The notes: generated by a model not told the origin, from the sequence alone. Positions 35,297 to 49,925 are shown, counted from the first letter of the stretch. The stretch: DNA of 64,000 nt from an uncultured Candidatus Rokubacteria bacterium (GCA_963747235.1 CAVVEU010000033.1:64001-128000); one strand, 5' to 3'. Made by a program: numbers and translations.

Positions 35297-36047
35297 CGAA
35301 GGCCTGCACGCGCTTCCACGCGTCGGCCGACGCCTCCGCGAACTCGGTGTACTTCCGGTCGAAGAAGCTGTGGGGCGCACCCGGGTACACCTTCATGTCG
35401 TGCTTGATGTTGGCCTTGCGGCACGCCCCGTCGAAGGCCTCCACGTCCGCGGGCGGGATGCCCTCGTCGGCGCCGCCGAAGATGGACTGCACCGAGCACT
35501 TGTAGCGCGGCACCGCGTCCACCGGCTTCGGGCGCTCCGGCCAGCGCTTGAGCCCCGACGGCCAGCCGTAGAAGCCGATCACCCCCGCGTAGCCGAGCCC
35601 GCTCGCCGCCTGCAGGTAGGACAGCGCGCCGCCGAAGCAGAAGCCCACCGAGTAGAGCGACTTCACCTGCCCGCCGTCGGCGGTCCGGAGGTACGCGGCG
35701 GCGGCCGCGATGTCGGCCTGCAGCGTCTCCGGCTTGGTCAGCGGCACCTGCGACATGAAGTCGAAGGCCTCGCTGCGATCTTCCGACGGCGCGGTGCGCG
35801 CGAAGAAATCGATCGCGACCGCGTCCACCCCGATCTCGGCGAAGCGATCGGCCAGCTCCTTGTAATAGGTGTGCAGGCCGCGCACGTCCGGGATGACGAC
35901 CATGCCCGCGCCGGTGGGCTTGGCCGCGCGGGCCGCGTGGGCCATGACGCGGGTGCCGTCGCTCGAGGTGAGGTGGAAGTCGCGGGAGCCGGCCGAGCCG
36001 CCCGAGATCGGAGCAATCGGAGGAAAGGAATCGTCGTCCACGCACAT
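35283..36047 (-). CDS. Dienelactone hydrolase family
   Basis: GFCFGG nucleophile motif, YPGAPHSF. Confidence 0.9.
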   Translation of the reverse strand: MCVDDDSFPPIAPISGGSAGSRDFHLTSSDGTRVMAHAARAAKPTGAGMVVIPDVRGLHTYYKELADRFAEIGVDAVAIDFFARTAPSEDRSEAFDFMSQVPLTKPETLQADIAAAAAYLRTADGGQVKSLYSVGFCFGGALSYLQAASGLGYAGVIGFYGWPSGLKRWPERPKPVDAVPRYKCSVQSIFGGADEGIPPADVEAFDGACRKANIKHDMKVYPGAPHSFFDRKYTEFAEASADAWKRVQAFVSGT

Positions 36048-36075
36048 GATGGAGGTCTCCTGTCGATGGGTTGCG

Positions 36076-36924
36076 CTACATGTCCAGGCCGCCGTTGACG
36101 CCCCAGACCTGGCCGGTGATGTAACTCGACGCGTCGGCGGCCAGGAAGTGCACGACGCGCGCGATCTCCTCGGGCCTGCCGAGGCGGCCGAGCGGGATCT
36201 GGCCGACGATCTTCTCGAGCAGCTTGGCCGGGACGTGCTCGAGCATCTCGGTGGCGATGAAGCCCGGGGTCACCGTGTTCACGGTGAGCCCGACCCCGTC
36301 GGGATCCTGGAGGCGCCCCGCCTTGGCGAGCAGGAAGGCGGCCTCGCGCGCAAGGGTCTTGGTGAGGCCGAACAGCCCCGACTTGGACGCCGCGTAGTTC
36401 GCCTGGCCGATATTGCCCATCTCGCCGATGACGCTCGAGACGTTCACGATGCGCCCGCTCCCCCGCTCCGCCATGTGCCGCAGCGCGGCCTGCGAGAGGA
36501 AGAAGGCGCCGGACAGATTGACGTTCAGCACCTTGAACCAGTCCTCGTCGGAGAGCTTGAGCACCGTCTTGTCGATGGTGATCCCCGCGTTGTTGACGAG
36601 GATGTCGAGCCGGCCGTGGGCCGTGATCACCTCGTCGATGGTGCGCCGACAGTCGGAGGCGTCGCCCACGTTGCCCTTGTGGATGCTCACCTCGGTCCCG
36701 TAGGTCGTGGCGAAGCCGTCGCGAAACTTCTTGGCCGCGTCATCGTTGCCCGCGTAGCCCGCGGCCAGGGTGGCGCCCTGGCTGGCCAGGCTGCGGCAGA
36801 TGGCGGCCCCGATCCCGCGGGTGCCGCCGGTGACGAAGGCCACGCGGCGCCGGAGCTTGTCGCCGCCGCGCGCGGCGATGTTGTCGTGCTGGGTGATGTC
36901 CAGGACCGTGGGCGTGGTCGTCAT
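36076..36924 (-). CDS. 3-oxoacyl-ACP/acetoacetyl-CoA reductase (FabG/PhaB-like SDR)
   Basis: TGGTRGIG, NNAGIT, GNIGQANYAASK, PGFIAT, VNGG. Confidence 0.9.
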   Translation of the reverse strand: MTTTPTVLDITQHDNIAARGGDKLRRRVAFVTGGTRGIGAAICRSLASQGATLAAGYAGNDDAAKKFRDGFATTYGTEVSIHKGNVGDASDCRRTIDEVITAHGRLDILVNNAGITIDKTVLKLSDEDWFKVLNVNLSGAFFLSQAALRHMAERGSGRIVNVSSVIGEMGNIGQANYAASKSGLFGLTKTLAREAAFLLAKAGRLQDPDGVGLTVNTVTPGFIATEMLEHVPAKLLEKIVGQIPLGRLGRPEEIARVVHFLAADASSYITGQVWGVNGGLDM

Positions 36925-37017
36925 GGTCGGCTCCCTCTCGATGAGCATCTTCGACCGCCGGCCGGCACATCCTGGCAAATCCCCATCGCGGAGTCAAACG
37001 GCGTACAATCCCGCTTC

Positions 37018-38290
37018 GTGCGCCTGCCGATCTACTACGGCTGGGTCATCGTGGCCGTCGTCTTCGTCTCCATGGGCGTGGGCGTCAACGCGCGCACCGC
37101 GTTCTCGCTCCTGTTCCCGCCGATCCTCGCCGAGTTCGGCTGGGATCGCGGCGTCACCGCGGGCGCCTTCTCGTTCGGCTTCCTGGTCTCGGCGGCGCTG
37201 AGCCCGTCGCTCGGCCGCCTCATGGACCGGCGCGGCCCGCGCGTGGTGATCGAGCTGGGCGTGCTCCTGATCGGCGCGGGCCTGCTGCTCGCCACCCTGG
37301 TGACGCGCCCGTGGCACCTCTACGCGACGCTCGGCGTCATGGTGGGCGGCGGCAGCGTGTGCCTCGGCTACACCGGGCAGTCGCTCTTCCTGCCCGACTG
37401 GTTCGTGCGCCGGCGCGGCCTCGCGATGAGCCTGGCCTTCTCCGGGCGTGGGCGTGGGCTCGATGATCCTGCTGCCCTGGATGCAGACCCTGATCGGCCG
37501 CTCGGGCTGGCGCGCCGCGTGCTGGGCGATGGGCCTCCTCGTCCTGCTGCTCCTGGTCCCGCTCAACCTGCTGCTGCGCCGCCGGCCCCAGGACATGGGC
37601 CTCGAGCCCGACGGCGATCGCGCCGCGGCCCCCGGCGCGGTGGCGCGCCCGTCCAACGTGGTGGACGCGGCGTGGGCGGCGGTGGACTGGACGCTCGCCC
37701 GCGCGGCGCGCACCGCCCGCTTCTGGTGGATCGCCATCGGCTACTTCTCCGGCCTCTTCGCCTGGTACGCGGTGCAGGTGCACCAGACCAAGTACCTGAC
37801 CGAGATCGGCTTCAGCCCGACCGACGCGGCGTGGGCGCTCGGCTTCGTGAGCCTGGCCGGCATCCCCGGCCAGATCGCGCTCGGCTGGCTCTCGGACCGG
37901 ATCGGGCGGGAGTGGGTGTGGACCGCGGGCGCGTTGGGCTTCGCGATCTGCTACGCGACGCTGCTCCTGCTGGCCGTCACCCCGACCCCGGCGCTGCTCT
38001 ACGTGATGGTGGTCTCCCAGGGCATGCTCGGCTACGGCCTCACCTCGGTCGTCGGCGCGATCCCCGCCGAGATCTTCCAGGGCCGCCACTACGGCTCGAT
38101 CTTCGGCACGCTCATGCTGGCCTCGATCGCGGGTGGCGCGGTGGGGCCCTGGCTCACCGGCGTGCTCTACGACCACACCGGCAGCTACACGCTCGCGTTC
38201 TGGATCTCGATCGCGTGCAGCGTGGTCTCCGCGGTGGCGATCTGGCTCGCGGCCCCGCGCAAGGTGCGGGCGGTCGCCGGCCGCATATGA
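37018..38290 (+). CDS. MFS transporter; frameshift near 37445
   Basis: YYGWVIV, GRLMDRRGPR, WFVRRRGLA, GWLSDRIGR, multiple TM helices. Confidence 0.88.
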
Positions 38291-38308
38291 CGGGCCTTCC
38301 CTCCGCTT

Positions 38309-38344
38309 CCCTCTCCCCGCTGGGGAGAGGGCAGGGTGAGGGGG
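38309..38344. repeat. CCCTCTCCC-GGGAGAGGG palindromic repeat, intergenic copy
   Basis: CCCTCTCCCCGCTGGGGAGAGGGCAGGGTGAGGGG. Confidence 0.8.
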
Positions 38345-38366
38345 GCCGGATGAGGTATCCTGCGTC

Positions 38367-41954
<3,588 letters not shown>

Positions 41955-42080
41955 CCCTTTCCGCCCCCCTGTCAACGATCGGGGGCGATGGTTCGTCATA
42001 GGGGCAGAGGCAGAGAACCCACCGGGGCCCCCGTGATCGGCGGATCCCCGCTAAGCGACGACGGATCAAGGAGGATCACC

Positions 42081-42749
42081 ATGAACGCACGCAATGCACT
42101 GACAGGACTGGCACTGGTGCTGGGGATGGCCCTGCCCGCGGGCGCCCAGACGCTGGACGGCATGCAGCTCGCGCAGACGCCCACGGACGCCACGCGCCCC
42201 GCCCCGGGGCCGGGAGCACGCCCGCACTGGGGCCAGCGGCCGGACGGACACGACGGCCAGCATGGCCATCACGGGTGGCAGCGCCGGGCCAAGGCTCATC
42301 GCTTCTCCCTGAGCGGCTTGGCCCTGCGGCACCAGAAGGACCTCGCGCTGTCGCCGGCCCAGGTGGATAGCCTGCGCAAGCTCGGGACGGACGCGCGGCG
42401 CGACGCCATCAAGCGGCAGGCCGACCGGAAGCTGGCCGAGCTAGACCTGCAAACGATGATGGCGCCGGATTCGACGGATCCCAACAAGCCGCGGGACCTG
42501 GCCAGGATCGAGACCAAGGTGCGGGAGATCGAGAAGCTGCGCGCGGATGGGCGCGTGGCCCAGATCCGGAACCTGGAGCAGAGCCGCCAGGTGCTGACCC
42601 CGGAGCAGCGTGAGAAGCTGCGCACGCTCCTGAGCCAGCGCATGCAGCACCGCGGGCCGCACGGCCCCGGGATGCGCGGCATGACGCCCGACGACGGCGG
42701 TCAGAAGCCCGCCGCCTCCGAAGAGACCACCGGCCCCACCGCCGGCTAG
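42081..42749 (+). CDS. Spy/CpxP-like periplasmic protein with His-rich segment
   Basis: Signal peptide, LSPAQ and VLTPEQ (LTxxQ) motifs, GGAGG RBS. Confidence 0.8.
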   Translation: MNARNALTGLALVLGMALPAGAQTLDGMQLAQTPTDATRPAPGPGARPHWGQRPDGHDGQHGHHGWQRRAKAHRFSLSGLALRHQKDLALSPAQVDSLRKLGTDARRDAIKRQADRKLAELDLQTMMAPDSTDPNKPRDLARIETKVREIEKLRADGRVAQIRNLEQSRQVLTPEQREKLRTLLSQRMQHRGPHGPGMRGMTPDDGGQKPAASEETTGPTAG

Positions 42750-42766
42750 ACCACCAGGAACAAACG

Positions 42767-42815
42767 GGGGTCAGGTCTTACATTCCGACAATGTGGGAAT
42801 GTAAGACCTGACCCC
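42767..42815. repeat. REP-like palindrome between convergent genes
   Basis: GGGGTCAGGTCTTACATTCC-GACAATGTG-GGAATGTAAGACCTGACCCC, 20-bp perfect arms. Confidence 0.85.
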
Positions 42816-43715
42816 TTACGCGTTGTTGAGGTACGCGGGATTGGCGGTGGGGCCGTCGCCGGCCACCGTGGTGCGGTGCATGACGCGCTGGTAGCGCGCG
42901 CTGTCCCAGAGGCGGCCGCGATGCAGCGCGCAGCGGTTGTCCCACATCACGAGGTCGCCCACCTGCCAGCGGTGCCGGTAGATACGATCGTCCCCCACCG
43001 TGTGCTCGAGCAGCTTGGCGATGAGCATGCGGCTCTCGTCGAGCCCCATGCCTTCGATGTACCAGGCGTGCGAGCCGATGTAGAGCGAGCGGCGCCCGTT
43101 GCGCGGGTTGGCGCGCACCAGCGCGTGCCGCACCGGCGGATAGTCGCGGCCGATCTCGGTGCCGATGCCCGGATCGATCAGGCTGCGCGAGAAGCCGAAG
43201 CTGTGCACGACTATTAGCCGATCCAAGTCGCGGCGTACGTTCTCATCGAGAGTTTCGTACGCGACGCGCATGCTCGCGAACTCGGTCTCGCCGCCTTCGG
43301 GCGGGATCACACGGGCGGAGAGCGCGGAGGAGTGGGCGGGCACCGGCTTGAACGAGCTGTCGCTGTGCCAGAGCTGGTTGCCGGACTGATACTGCATCCG
43401 CCGGTCGTCCCAGCCCATCAGCTTGCCGTCCGCGTCGGTGTTGGAGAGGTCCACGATGTGGGCGCCCAGCCGGTCCTCGCCCCCGAGCGTGCGCACGGTC
43501 GTCTCGAGCGGCCCCCAGCGCTCGCTGAAGGCCATCTGCTGCGCGTCGGTCAGCGCCTGGCCACGGAAGACCAGCACCGAGTGGTCGTCGAAGGCGACCG
43601 CGATGCGCTCGAAGGTGGCGTCGTCGAGCGGCTGGGTCAGGTCCACTCCGGCGACCAGGGCTCCGAAGGCGGGATGGACGGGCGTGATCGTGAGCGGGCT
43701 CGTGATGGTGGCCAT
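42816..43715 (-). CDS. TauD/TfdA-family Fe(II)/2OG dioxygenase
   Basis: WHSDSSF (HxD), GGETEFA, MWDNRCALHR. Confidence 0.92.
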   Translation of the reverse strand: MATITSPLTITPVHPAFGALVAGVDLTQPLDDATFERIAVAFDDHSVLVFRGQALTDAQQMAFSERWGPLETTVRTLGGEDRLGAHIVDLSNTDADGKLMGWDDRRMQYQSGNQLWHSDSSFKPVPAHSSALSARVIPPEGGETEFASMRVAYETLDENVRRDLDRLIVVHSFGFSRSLIDPGIGTEIGRDYPPVRHALVRANPRNGRRSLYIGSHAWYIEGMGLDESRMLIAKLLEHTVGDDRIYRHRWQVGDLVMWDNRCALHRGRLWDSARYQRVMHRTTVAGDGPTANPAYLNNA

Positions 43716-43737
43716 GGACGCCTCCTCGCCGGAAAGT

Positions 43738-44562
43738 CTAGCCCTTCACCGAGCCCGCGACCAGCCCCTCCACCATCCAGCGGTGGATGAACACGTAGAG
43801 GGCGACCACCGGGATCGTGGTGATGACGGAGGCGGCCATGAGCTGGCCCCAGTGGAACACGTCGCCGTAGATGAGCAGGTTGAGGCCCACCGGCACCGTG
43901 GTCGCCGTCTCGTCCTGGATGAAGACCAGCGCGTAGAGGAACTCGTTCCAGGAGAGCGTGAACGCGAAGATGGCCGAGGCCACCAGCCCCGGGGCGGCCA
44001 GCGGCAGCAGCACGCGCACGAACGCGGTCACCCGCCCGGCCCCGTCGATCAGGGCCGCCTCTTCCAGCTCGTCGGGCAGCGCCTTGAAGAAGCCGATCAG
44101 CAGCCAGGTGCAGAACGGCACCGTGAAGGTCGGGTAGGACAGGAACAGCGACATGAGGTGATTCGTGGCGCCCAGCTCGGCGAGCACGCGGTAGAGCGGG
44201 ATGAAGAGCAGCGCGGGCGGGATCAGGTAGAGGATCAGGATCAGGCTCGCCACCGACTCGCGGCCGGGGAAGCGCAGGCGCGCCACCGCGTAGCCCCCGA
44301 GGCTCGAGACCACGGTGGTGATGGCGGTCACCACCAGCGCGGTGATGAGGCTGTTGCGCAGCCAGAGCGGAAAGCGCGTCTCGGTCCAGAGCCCGGTGTA
44401 GTTCTCCCACGTGAACGGCTTGGGCACGTAGATGCTGGTGGCGAACTGGATCTGCTCGTAGGTCTTGAACGACATGCTGGCGATCCACCAGAACGGCACC
44501 AGGATCACGAGCAGGAAGATGGCCATGCCGGCCCACGTGAAGGCTCTCAGAGGCAGGCGCAT
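43738..44562 (-). CDS. Carbohydrate ABC permease (MalG-like)
   Basis: LEEAALIDGA EAA loop, SWNEFLYAL. Confidence 0.9.
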   Translation of the reverse strand: MRLPLRAFTWAGMAIFLLVILVPFWWIASMSFKTYEQIQFATSIYVPKPFTWENYTGLWTETRFPLWLRNSLITALVVTAITTVVSSLGGYAVARLRFPGRESVASLILILYLIPPALLFIPLYRVLAELGATNHLMSLFLSYPTFTVPFCTWLLIGFFKALPDELEEAALIDGAGRVTAFVRVLLPLAAPGLVASAIFAFTLSWNEFLYALVFIQDETATTVPVGLNLLIYGDVFHWGQLMAASVITTIPVVALYVFIHRWMVEGLVAGSVKG

Positions 44563-44564
44563 GG

Positions 44565-45504
44565 CTATTTCTTGTCCCGGAGCAGGTAGCGGCTGATCAG
44601 GATGATGCCGAGGACCAGGATCGGCACCACGAAGAGGCAGATGGTGACCCCGCGGCCCCAGCGGAGCTGGTTGAACGCGACCTGGTAGGAATAGGTCGCG
44701 AAGATCTGGGTCGCGCTGCCCGGGCCGCCCCGGGTCATCACGTAGATGATGTTGAAGTCGTTGATGGTGAGGATGAAGCTCAGCAGCGTGGTGACGATCA
44801 TCACGTGCTTGAGCCCGGGCAGCGTGATGTGCCAGAAGCGCCGCCACGTCGTCGGCCCCGTCCACCGACGCGGCCTCGTAGAGCTCGCGCGGGATCGCCT
44901 GCAGCCCGGCCAGGAAGGAGACCCCGAAGAAGGGGAACCCGCGCCACCAGTTGGCCACGATCACCGCCATCATCGCGCCCTCCGGCGTGGCCATGAAGGC
45001 GATCGGGCGGCTCAGCAGGCCCAGGTCGAGCAGCACGCTGTTGAAGAAGCCGCGGCCCGGGAAGGCGTCGAACATCCATCGCCAGGTGAGCGCGATGATC
45101 ACGGTGGAGGTGATCCACGGCAGCAGGAAGAGGCCGCGGAAGAAGTTGCGGCCCCGGATCACGTTGTTCAGCACCAGGGCCATCAGCACCCCGGTCACGA
45201 CCTTGAGCCCCACCGAGACCACCGTGAACACGAAGCTGTTCCGGATGACCTGGCGGAAGGTGTCGTCCTCGGCGAGATAGAAGTAGTTCTGGAGGCCGAC
45301 GAAGCGCTCGGGATAGCCGACCAGCTTGTCGGTGAGCGAGAGCCACACCGCCCGGTAGACCGGGTAGACGATGAGGGCCACCACCAGGACCAGCAGCGGC
45401 AGCAGGAAGAGGAGCGCCGTCCCCGCCTCCCGGATGCGCGCGCGCTTCCAGAGGGAAGCGCGCGGCCGCATCACGGGAATGTGGGATGCTGCAGGAAGCG
45501 CCAC
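44565..45504 (-). CDS. Carbohydrate ABC permease (MalF-like); frameshift near 44850
   Basis: FVGLQNY, LYEAASVDGA, MTRGGPG. Confidence 0.88.
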
Positions 45505-45505
45505 G

Positions 45506-46869
45506 TCACCCGCGAAGGGTGTCGTAGATTTCCTTGATCTTCTTGTCCTCCCAGTCGATGGCCTGATCCACCGACCACTTGTCCACGATCACCTTGGCGG
45601 GCGCGTCGGTGAGCACGTTGCTCGCCTGCACCTCCGCGGCGGCCGCGGTGACCGGGCCGGGGAAGCCGGTGGGCACGAACCACTCCGCGGCCCGGCCGAA
45701 CGTGCGGTAGTTCTCGTTCTTGTTGAAGTAGTCCTTGGACGCGTCGCGCGCCTTGGACATCACGGGCGCGAACTGCCCGTAGGAATCCTTCATGACCGAC
45801 ACCGTCTCCTCGGGGGAGAGCATGTGCGCGATCAGGCTCATCGCCGCCTCCGGATCCTTGGTGCTCTTGAAGATGCCGAAGCTCATCGCGATCGCCCACA
45901 TGCGCCGGCCGTCGGGCCCGGCCGGGTGCGGCAGCGCCACGTGGTTGGCGATCGCCTCCTCGCGCGTCTTCCGCTCCTTGGCGTCGGTGGCCTTGGCCAG
46001 CGCGTTCTCCAGCGCGAAGGTGATGCTGGGCCCGTTCGAGGTCTGCGCGATGTTCTTGGCGATGAAGTTCTCGTTGTTGCCGGAGCCGGTCCAGGTCAGC
46101 GTGTCGGCGGGCTGGATGCCGTCCTTGTAGATGTCGGTGGCCCACTTCATGGCCGCCTGCATCTGCGACGTCTTGATGGACTTGTACTTGCCGTCCTTGC
46201 CCGCCCAGCCCGCGCCGTAGGAGTACATCAGGCTCTGCATCACGCCGTAGCCGTCCGAGGTGCGGTTCCAGCTCTGGCCCATGCCGTAGAAGTTGTCCTT
46301 GGGCCGGTTGAGCGCGGCGGCGGCCTGCTTGGCCTCCTCGAAGGTGTTGGGCAGCTTCACCTTGCCCTTCTCGAAGACGTCGCGCCACACGTACCAGAAC
46401 CCGGCCATCACGTACCACGGCAGCGCGTAGATCTTGTCGCCGATCATGGTGACCGGCGCCACGTTGGCGGGCGGCTTGCCCACCTGCGCCCTCGATCTGG
46501 CGCGCGAAGGACGTGAGGTCGACGAGCTGGCCCATGCCCGCTGAAGCGCGCGGGCGCGCCCGTCTCGAGCTGGCCCACGTCGGGGGTGCTCTTGTTCTCG
46601 ATGGCCGCCACGTACTTCGTCTGCATGTCCTCGAAGGTGAAGTACTCCACCGTCACGCTGGCCCCGTGCTTCTGCGCCCAGCGCTGGGCGCTCGCCTCGA
46701 TGGCCTTGTTGGTGGGCTCCACGTAGGTCTTGAGGATCCAGAGGCGAAGGCTGGTGCCCTTCTTGACCGCGGGGCCCTGGGCGCGCGCCGACTTGGGCAG
46801 CGTGAGCAGGGCGGAAGTCCCGGCGGCCCCGGCGAGGAGTGAGCGGCGGCTGATGCGCTGATCGGGCAT
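45506..46869 (-). CDS. Carbohydrate ABC substrate-binding protein with TAT signal; frameshifts near 46485-46540
   Basis: SRRSLL TAT motif, KIYALPWY, adjacent to the permeases. Confidence 0.82.
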
Positions 46870-46991
46870 GTGTGGTCCCCCTTGATCGTCTTTGATCCGG
46901 ACGCGCTCCGAATGTCGGTCACCCGCGCCCCCCTGTCAAGGGCGGAGTGCCACCGGTTCGTGCTAACCTTTCGAGCAAGGAGATTCGCTCC

Positions 46992-47890
46992 ATGCTCTCG
47001 CCCGCCGACGTGAAGTTCTACCGGGATCAGGGCTATCTCGTGGTTCCCGACGTGCTCGACGCCGCCACGCTCGGTGCGATCCGCGCCGAGCTCGCGCGCA
47101 TCCTCGACGGCGCGCGCGCGGTGACCACGCACACCGACCGCTACGATCTGGAGCCGGGCCATCGTCCGGACGACCCGCGGGTGCGGCGCATCAAGCAGCC
47201 GCATCGCTTCTACCCGGTCTTCCAGGACCTCATGCGGCACCCGCGCCTGCTCGCGGTGCTGCAGGGCCTCCTCGGCCGGGACGTCCGGCTGCACGGCTCC
47301 AAGATCAATCTCAAGTCGCCGCGCTACGGCTCGCCGGTGGAGTGGCACCAGGACTGGGCCTTCTACCCGCACACCAACGACGACCTGCTCGCGGTGGGCG
47401 TGATGCTCGACGACTGCACCAGCGACAACGGCCCGCTCCTGGTGGTGCCGGGCAGCCACCGCGGCCCGATCTTCGACCACCACGGCGACACGGGCGGCTA
47501 TTTCTGCGGCGCCATCGACCCGGCCGCGATTCGCGACGAGATCGCGCGGGCGGTGCCGCTCACCGGGCGCGCGGGCTCGATGAGCTTCCATCACGTGCGG
47601 CTCGTGCACGGATCGGCCCAGAACGTGTCGAGCCTGCCCCGCACCCTGCTGCTCTACGAATACGGCGCCGCCGACGCCTGGCCGCATCATGGGCGTCGCG
47701 GATCTCGCCGAGTTCGACAGCCGTCTGATCACCGGCGAGCCGACCATCGAGCCCCGGATGGTGCCGGCGCCGGTGCGCCTGCCCCTGCCGCCCGCGCTGC
47801 GACCAGGGCTCGATCTACGAGAACCAGTCGGACGCGGGGCGACGCTACTTCCCCGTCACCGACGAGCCGGCCCCCACTCCCCGGACCTGA
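46992..47890 (+). CDS. PhyH-family Fe(II)/2OG dioxygenase; frameshifts near 47685 and 47800
   Basis: DQGYLVV, EWHQDW, NGPLLVVPGSH, VHGSAQN. Confidence 0.88.
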
Positions 47891-47922
47891 CCCCAGCGGG
47901 GGCGACCCCAGCGGAGGCACCT

Positions 47923-48528
47923 ATGGACGCGCGCGATCTTCTCCTCGACGAGCACGGCCGCATGCACGCCGCCAGCGTCACCGGCGAGAAGGGCACCCTG
48001 GCCGAGCGGACCTTCGGCGGCCTGACCGACGAGCAGATGCGGGTGCGCCCGCGCGAGGACCTCAACTCGCTGGCGTGGCTCATGTGGCACATCGCCCGCG
48101 CCGAGGACATCTTCTCCAACATCATCCTGAGCGGGCGCAACCAGGTCGTGGACGACGGATGGCTCGCGCGCCTCAAGATCTCGCGGCCCGACTTCGGCAT
48201 CGGCATGACCAAGCCGGAGGTCGCCGAGCTCACCTCGCAGGTGGACGTCACCGCCCTGCGCGATTACCGGGACGCGGTCGGCCGCCGGACCCAGGAGGTC
48301 ATCCGCGGCTTCGGGCCGTCGGACTGGCAGGGCGAGCTGCAGGCCCCCGCGCTCGAGAAGGCGGCCGCCCTGGGCTGCTTCGGCCCCAACGGCGCGATGG
48401 TCGCGAAGGCCTTCACCGGCCGGCCGCGCGTCGGCATCCTGGGCGGCCTGCTCGTCACCCACGCCGCCATGCACATGGGCGAGGCCCAGACGGTGCGCAC
48501 CGCGGGCGGCTTCGGCTCCGGCATCTAG
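47923..48528 (+). CDS. DinB-superfamily protein
   Basis: NSLAWLMWHIARAED, HAAMH metal triad; GGAGG RBS. Confidence 0.82.
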   Translation: MDARDLLLDEHGRMHAASVTGEKGTLAERTFGGLTDEQMRVRPREDLNSLAWLMWHIARAEDIFSNIILSGRNQVVDDGWLARLKISRPDFGIGMTKPEVAELTSQVDVTALRDYRDAVGRRTQEVIRGFGPSDWQGELQAPALEKAAALGCFGPNGAMVAKAFTGRPRVGILGGLLVTHAAMHMGEAQTVRTAGGFGSGI

Positions 48529-48543
48529 CAGGTCGCCGATAAG

Positions 48544-48567
48544 GGCCCATCTGCTTCGTCGGCGCCC
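48544..48567. repeat. Dispersed intergenic repeat family A, copy 2
   Basis: GGCCCATCTGCTTCGTCGGCGCCC. Confidence 0.75.
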
Positions 48568-48635
48568 ATCGCCGCTCGTGGAGGAGCGCCTCGCGAGGGC
48601 GGCCGTCGAGGCCCCCGACGATCGGATCGGAAGCT

Positions 48636-49925
48636 TTAGCGGCGCCAGACTCCGGTGTCTTCGGGCGGGGCCACGCGGAACAGGCGCTTGAAGGCGATGA
48701 TCGTGAAGAAGAGCTGGATGCGCAGCCGCGTGCCGAGGGTCGGGCGCCAGTTCCCGGAGAGCGCGGAGAGCACGGCCTCGTAGATCCCGAGCCGCCGCGA
48801 GCGCCGGAACAGCAGCCGGCGGAAGTACGGGTCGTAGAAGCCCACCACGAAGCGTCGGAAATAGCGGTAGCGCTTCCGCACGATCCGCTCGTAGCGCGCG
48901 AAGCGTTGCGCCGAGAGGTCGCCCGCCCGCAGCCCCGCGTCGATCGCGGCCGCCGCCTCGAGCCCGCCCTGCATGGCCAGGAGCACGCCGGTCGAGAAGA
49001 TCGGGTCGAGGAAGGCGCCCGAGTCGCCTACCGCGACCCAGCGATCGCCCGCGATCCGGGTCGCCAGGTAGGAGTAGTCGGCGTCGAAGCGCGCCGGCGA
49101 CACGCGGCGCGCGTCCTGGAGCACCTTCGGCGACGCCGGCGTGGTGCGGAGATAGTGGTCGAGACTCTCCTCCGCGGTGGCCTTCGCCTCCCGGCGGTGG
49201 AGCTCCGTGGGCACCACCGCGCCCACGCTCATCACCGTCTCCGAGATCGGGATCAGCCAGATCCATCCGACGTCGGGCCGCGTGAGCACGCGGATGTCGC
49301 CGGCCGGGCGGCCCTCGGCGCGCGGGACGCCCTCGTACTGGGCGTGCACCGCGATCTGCTGCAGCACCGGATCGTGCTCGTGGCGGCCGAGCTTGCGGGC
49401 CAGGAAGCCGGCGCGGCCGGACGCGTCCACGAGCGCCGCGACCCGCGTGGTCTGCTCGACGCCGTCGGGCCCCGCGTAGCGCAGGGTGACGCCGTCGGGC
49501 TCGAAGACCGCGTCCACCGCGCGGTGCCCTTCCCGCACGATGACGCCCGACTGCTCGGCGTGGCGCAGCAGCAGCTCGTCCCAGCGCGCCCGCGGGACCT
49601 GGAAGGTCTGCGGCATCGGCGACTCCACCGCGGCGGTGAAGTCCACGTAGGAGGCCGGCGTGCCGTCGATCTCCCAGAAGCTCGCGCCCCACTTCTCCAC
49701 GAAGCCGGCCTTGGCGATCGTGTCGTGCGCGCCCAGCTCCTCCAGCACGCCGTTGATCCACGGGAGCTGCGACTCGCCGATGTGGAAGCGCGGAAACCGG
49801 TCGCGCTCCAGCAGGAGCACGCGGCGCCCACACCGCGCGAGCGCGGTGGCGGTGCTCGAGCCGCCCGGTCCGCCACCGATCACCGCCACGTCGAATTGCT
49901 GTTCGGTTCCGCTCTCGAGGGCCAT
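48636..49925 (-). CDS. FAD-dependent halogenase-like oxidoreductase
   Basis: GGGPGG, FPRFHIGES, GFVEKWGA, WIWLIPI (WxWxIP), FLDPIFSTG. Confidence 0.82.
   Translation of the reverse strand: MALESGTEQQFDVAVIGGGPGGSSTATALARCGRRVLLLERDRFPRFHIGESQLPWINGVLEELGAHDTIAKAGFVEKWGASFWEIDGTPASYVDFTAAVESPMPQTFQVPRARWDELLLRHAEQSGVIVREGHRAVDAVFEPDGVTLRYAGPDGVEQTTRVAALVDASGRAGFLARKLGRHEHDPVLQQIAVHAQYEGVPRAEGRPAGDIRVLTRPDVGWIWLIPISETVMSVGAVVPTELHRREAKATAEESLDHYLRTTPASPKVLQDARRVSPARFDADYSYLATRIAGDRWVAVGDSGAFLDPIFSTGVLLAMQGGLEAAAAIDAGLRAGDLSAQRFARYERIVRKRYRYFRRFVVGFYDPYFRRLLFRRSRRLGIYEAVLSALSGNWRPTLGTRLRIQLFFTIIAFKRLFRVAPPEDTGVWRR

Noticed and set aside
43738-45504. Apparent fusion of two sugar permeases (588 aa)
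   Set aside because: A frameshift near 44850 causes it; the real C-terminus is in the 44565-44804 frame
47890-47918. ACCCCAGCGG direct repeat
   Set aside because: Only two 10-nt units; the second overlaps the RBS; no supportable function
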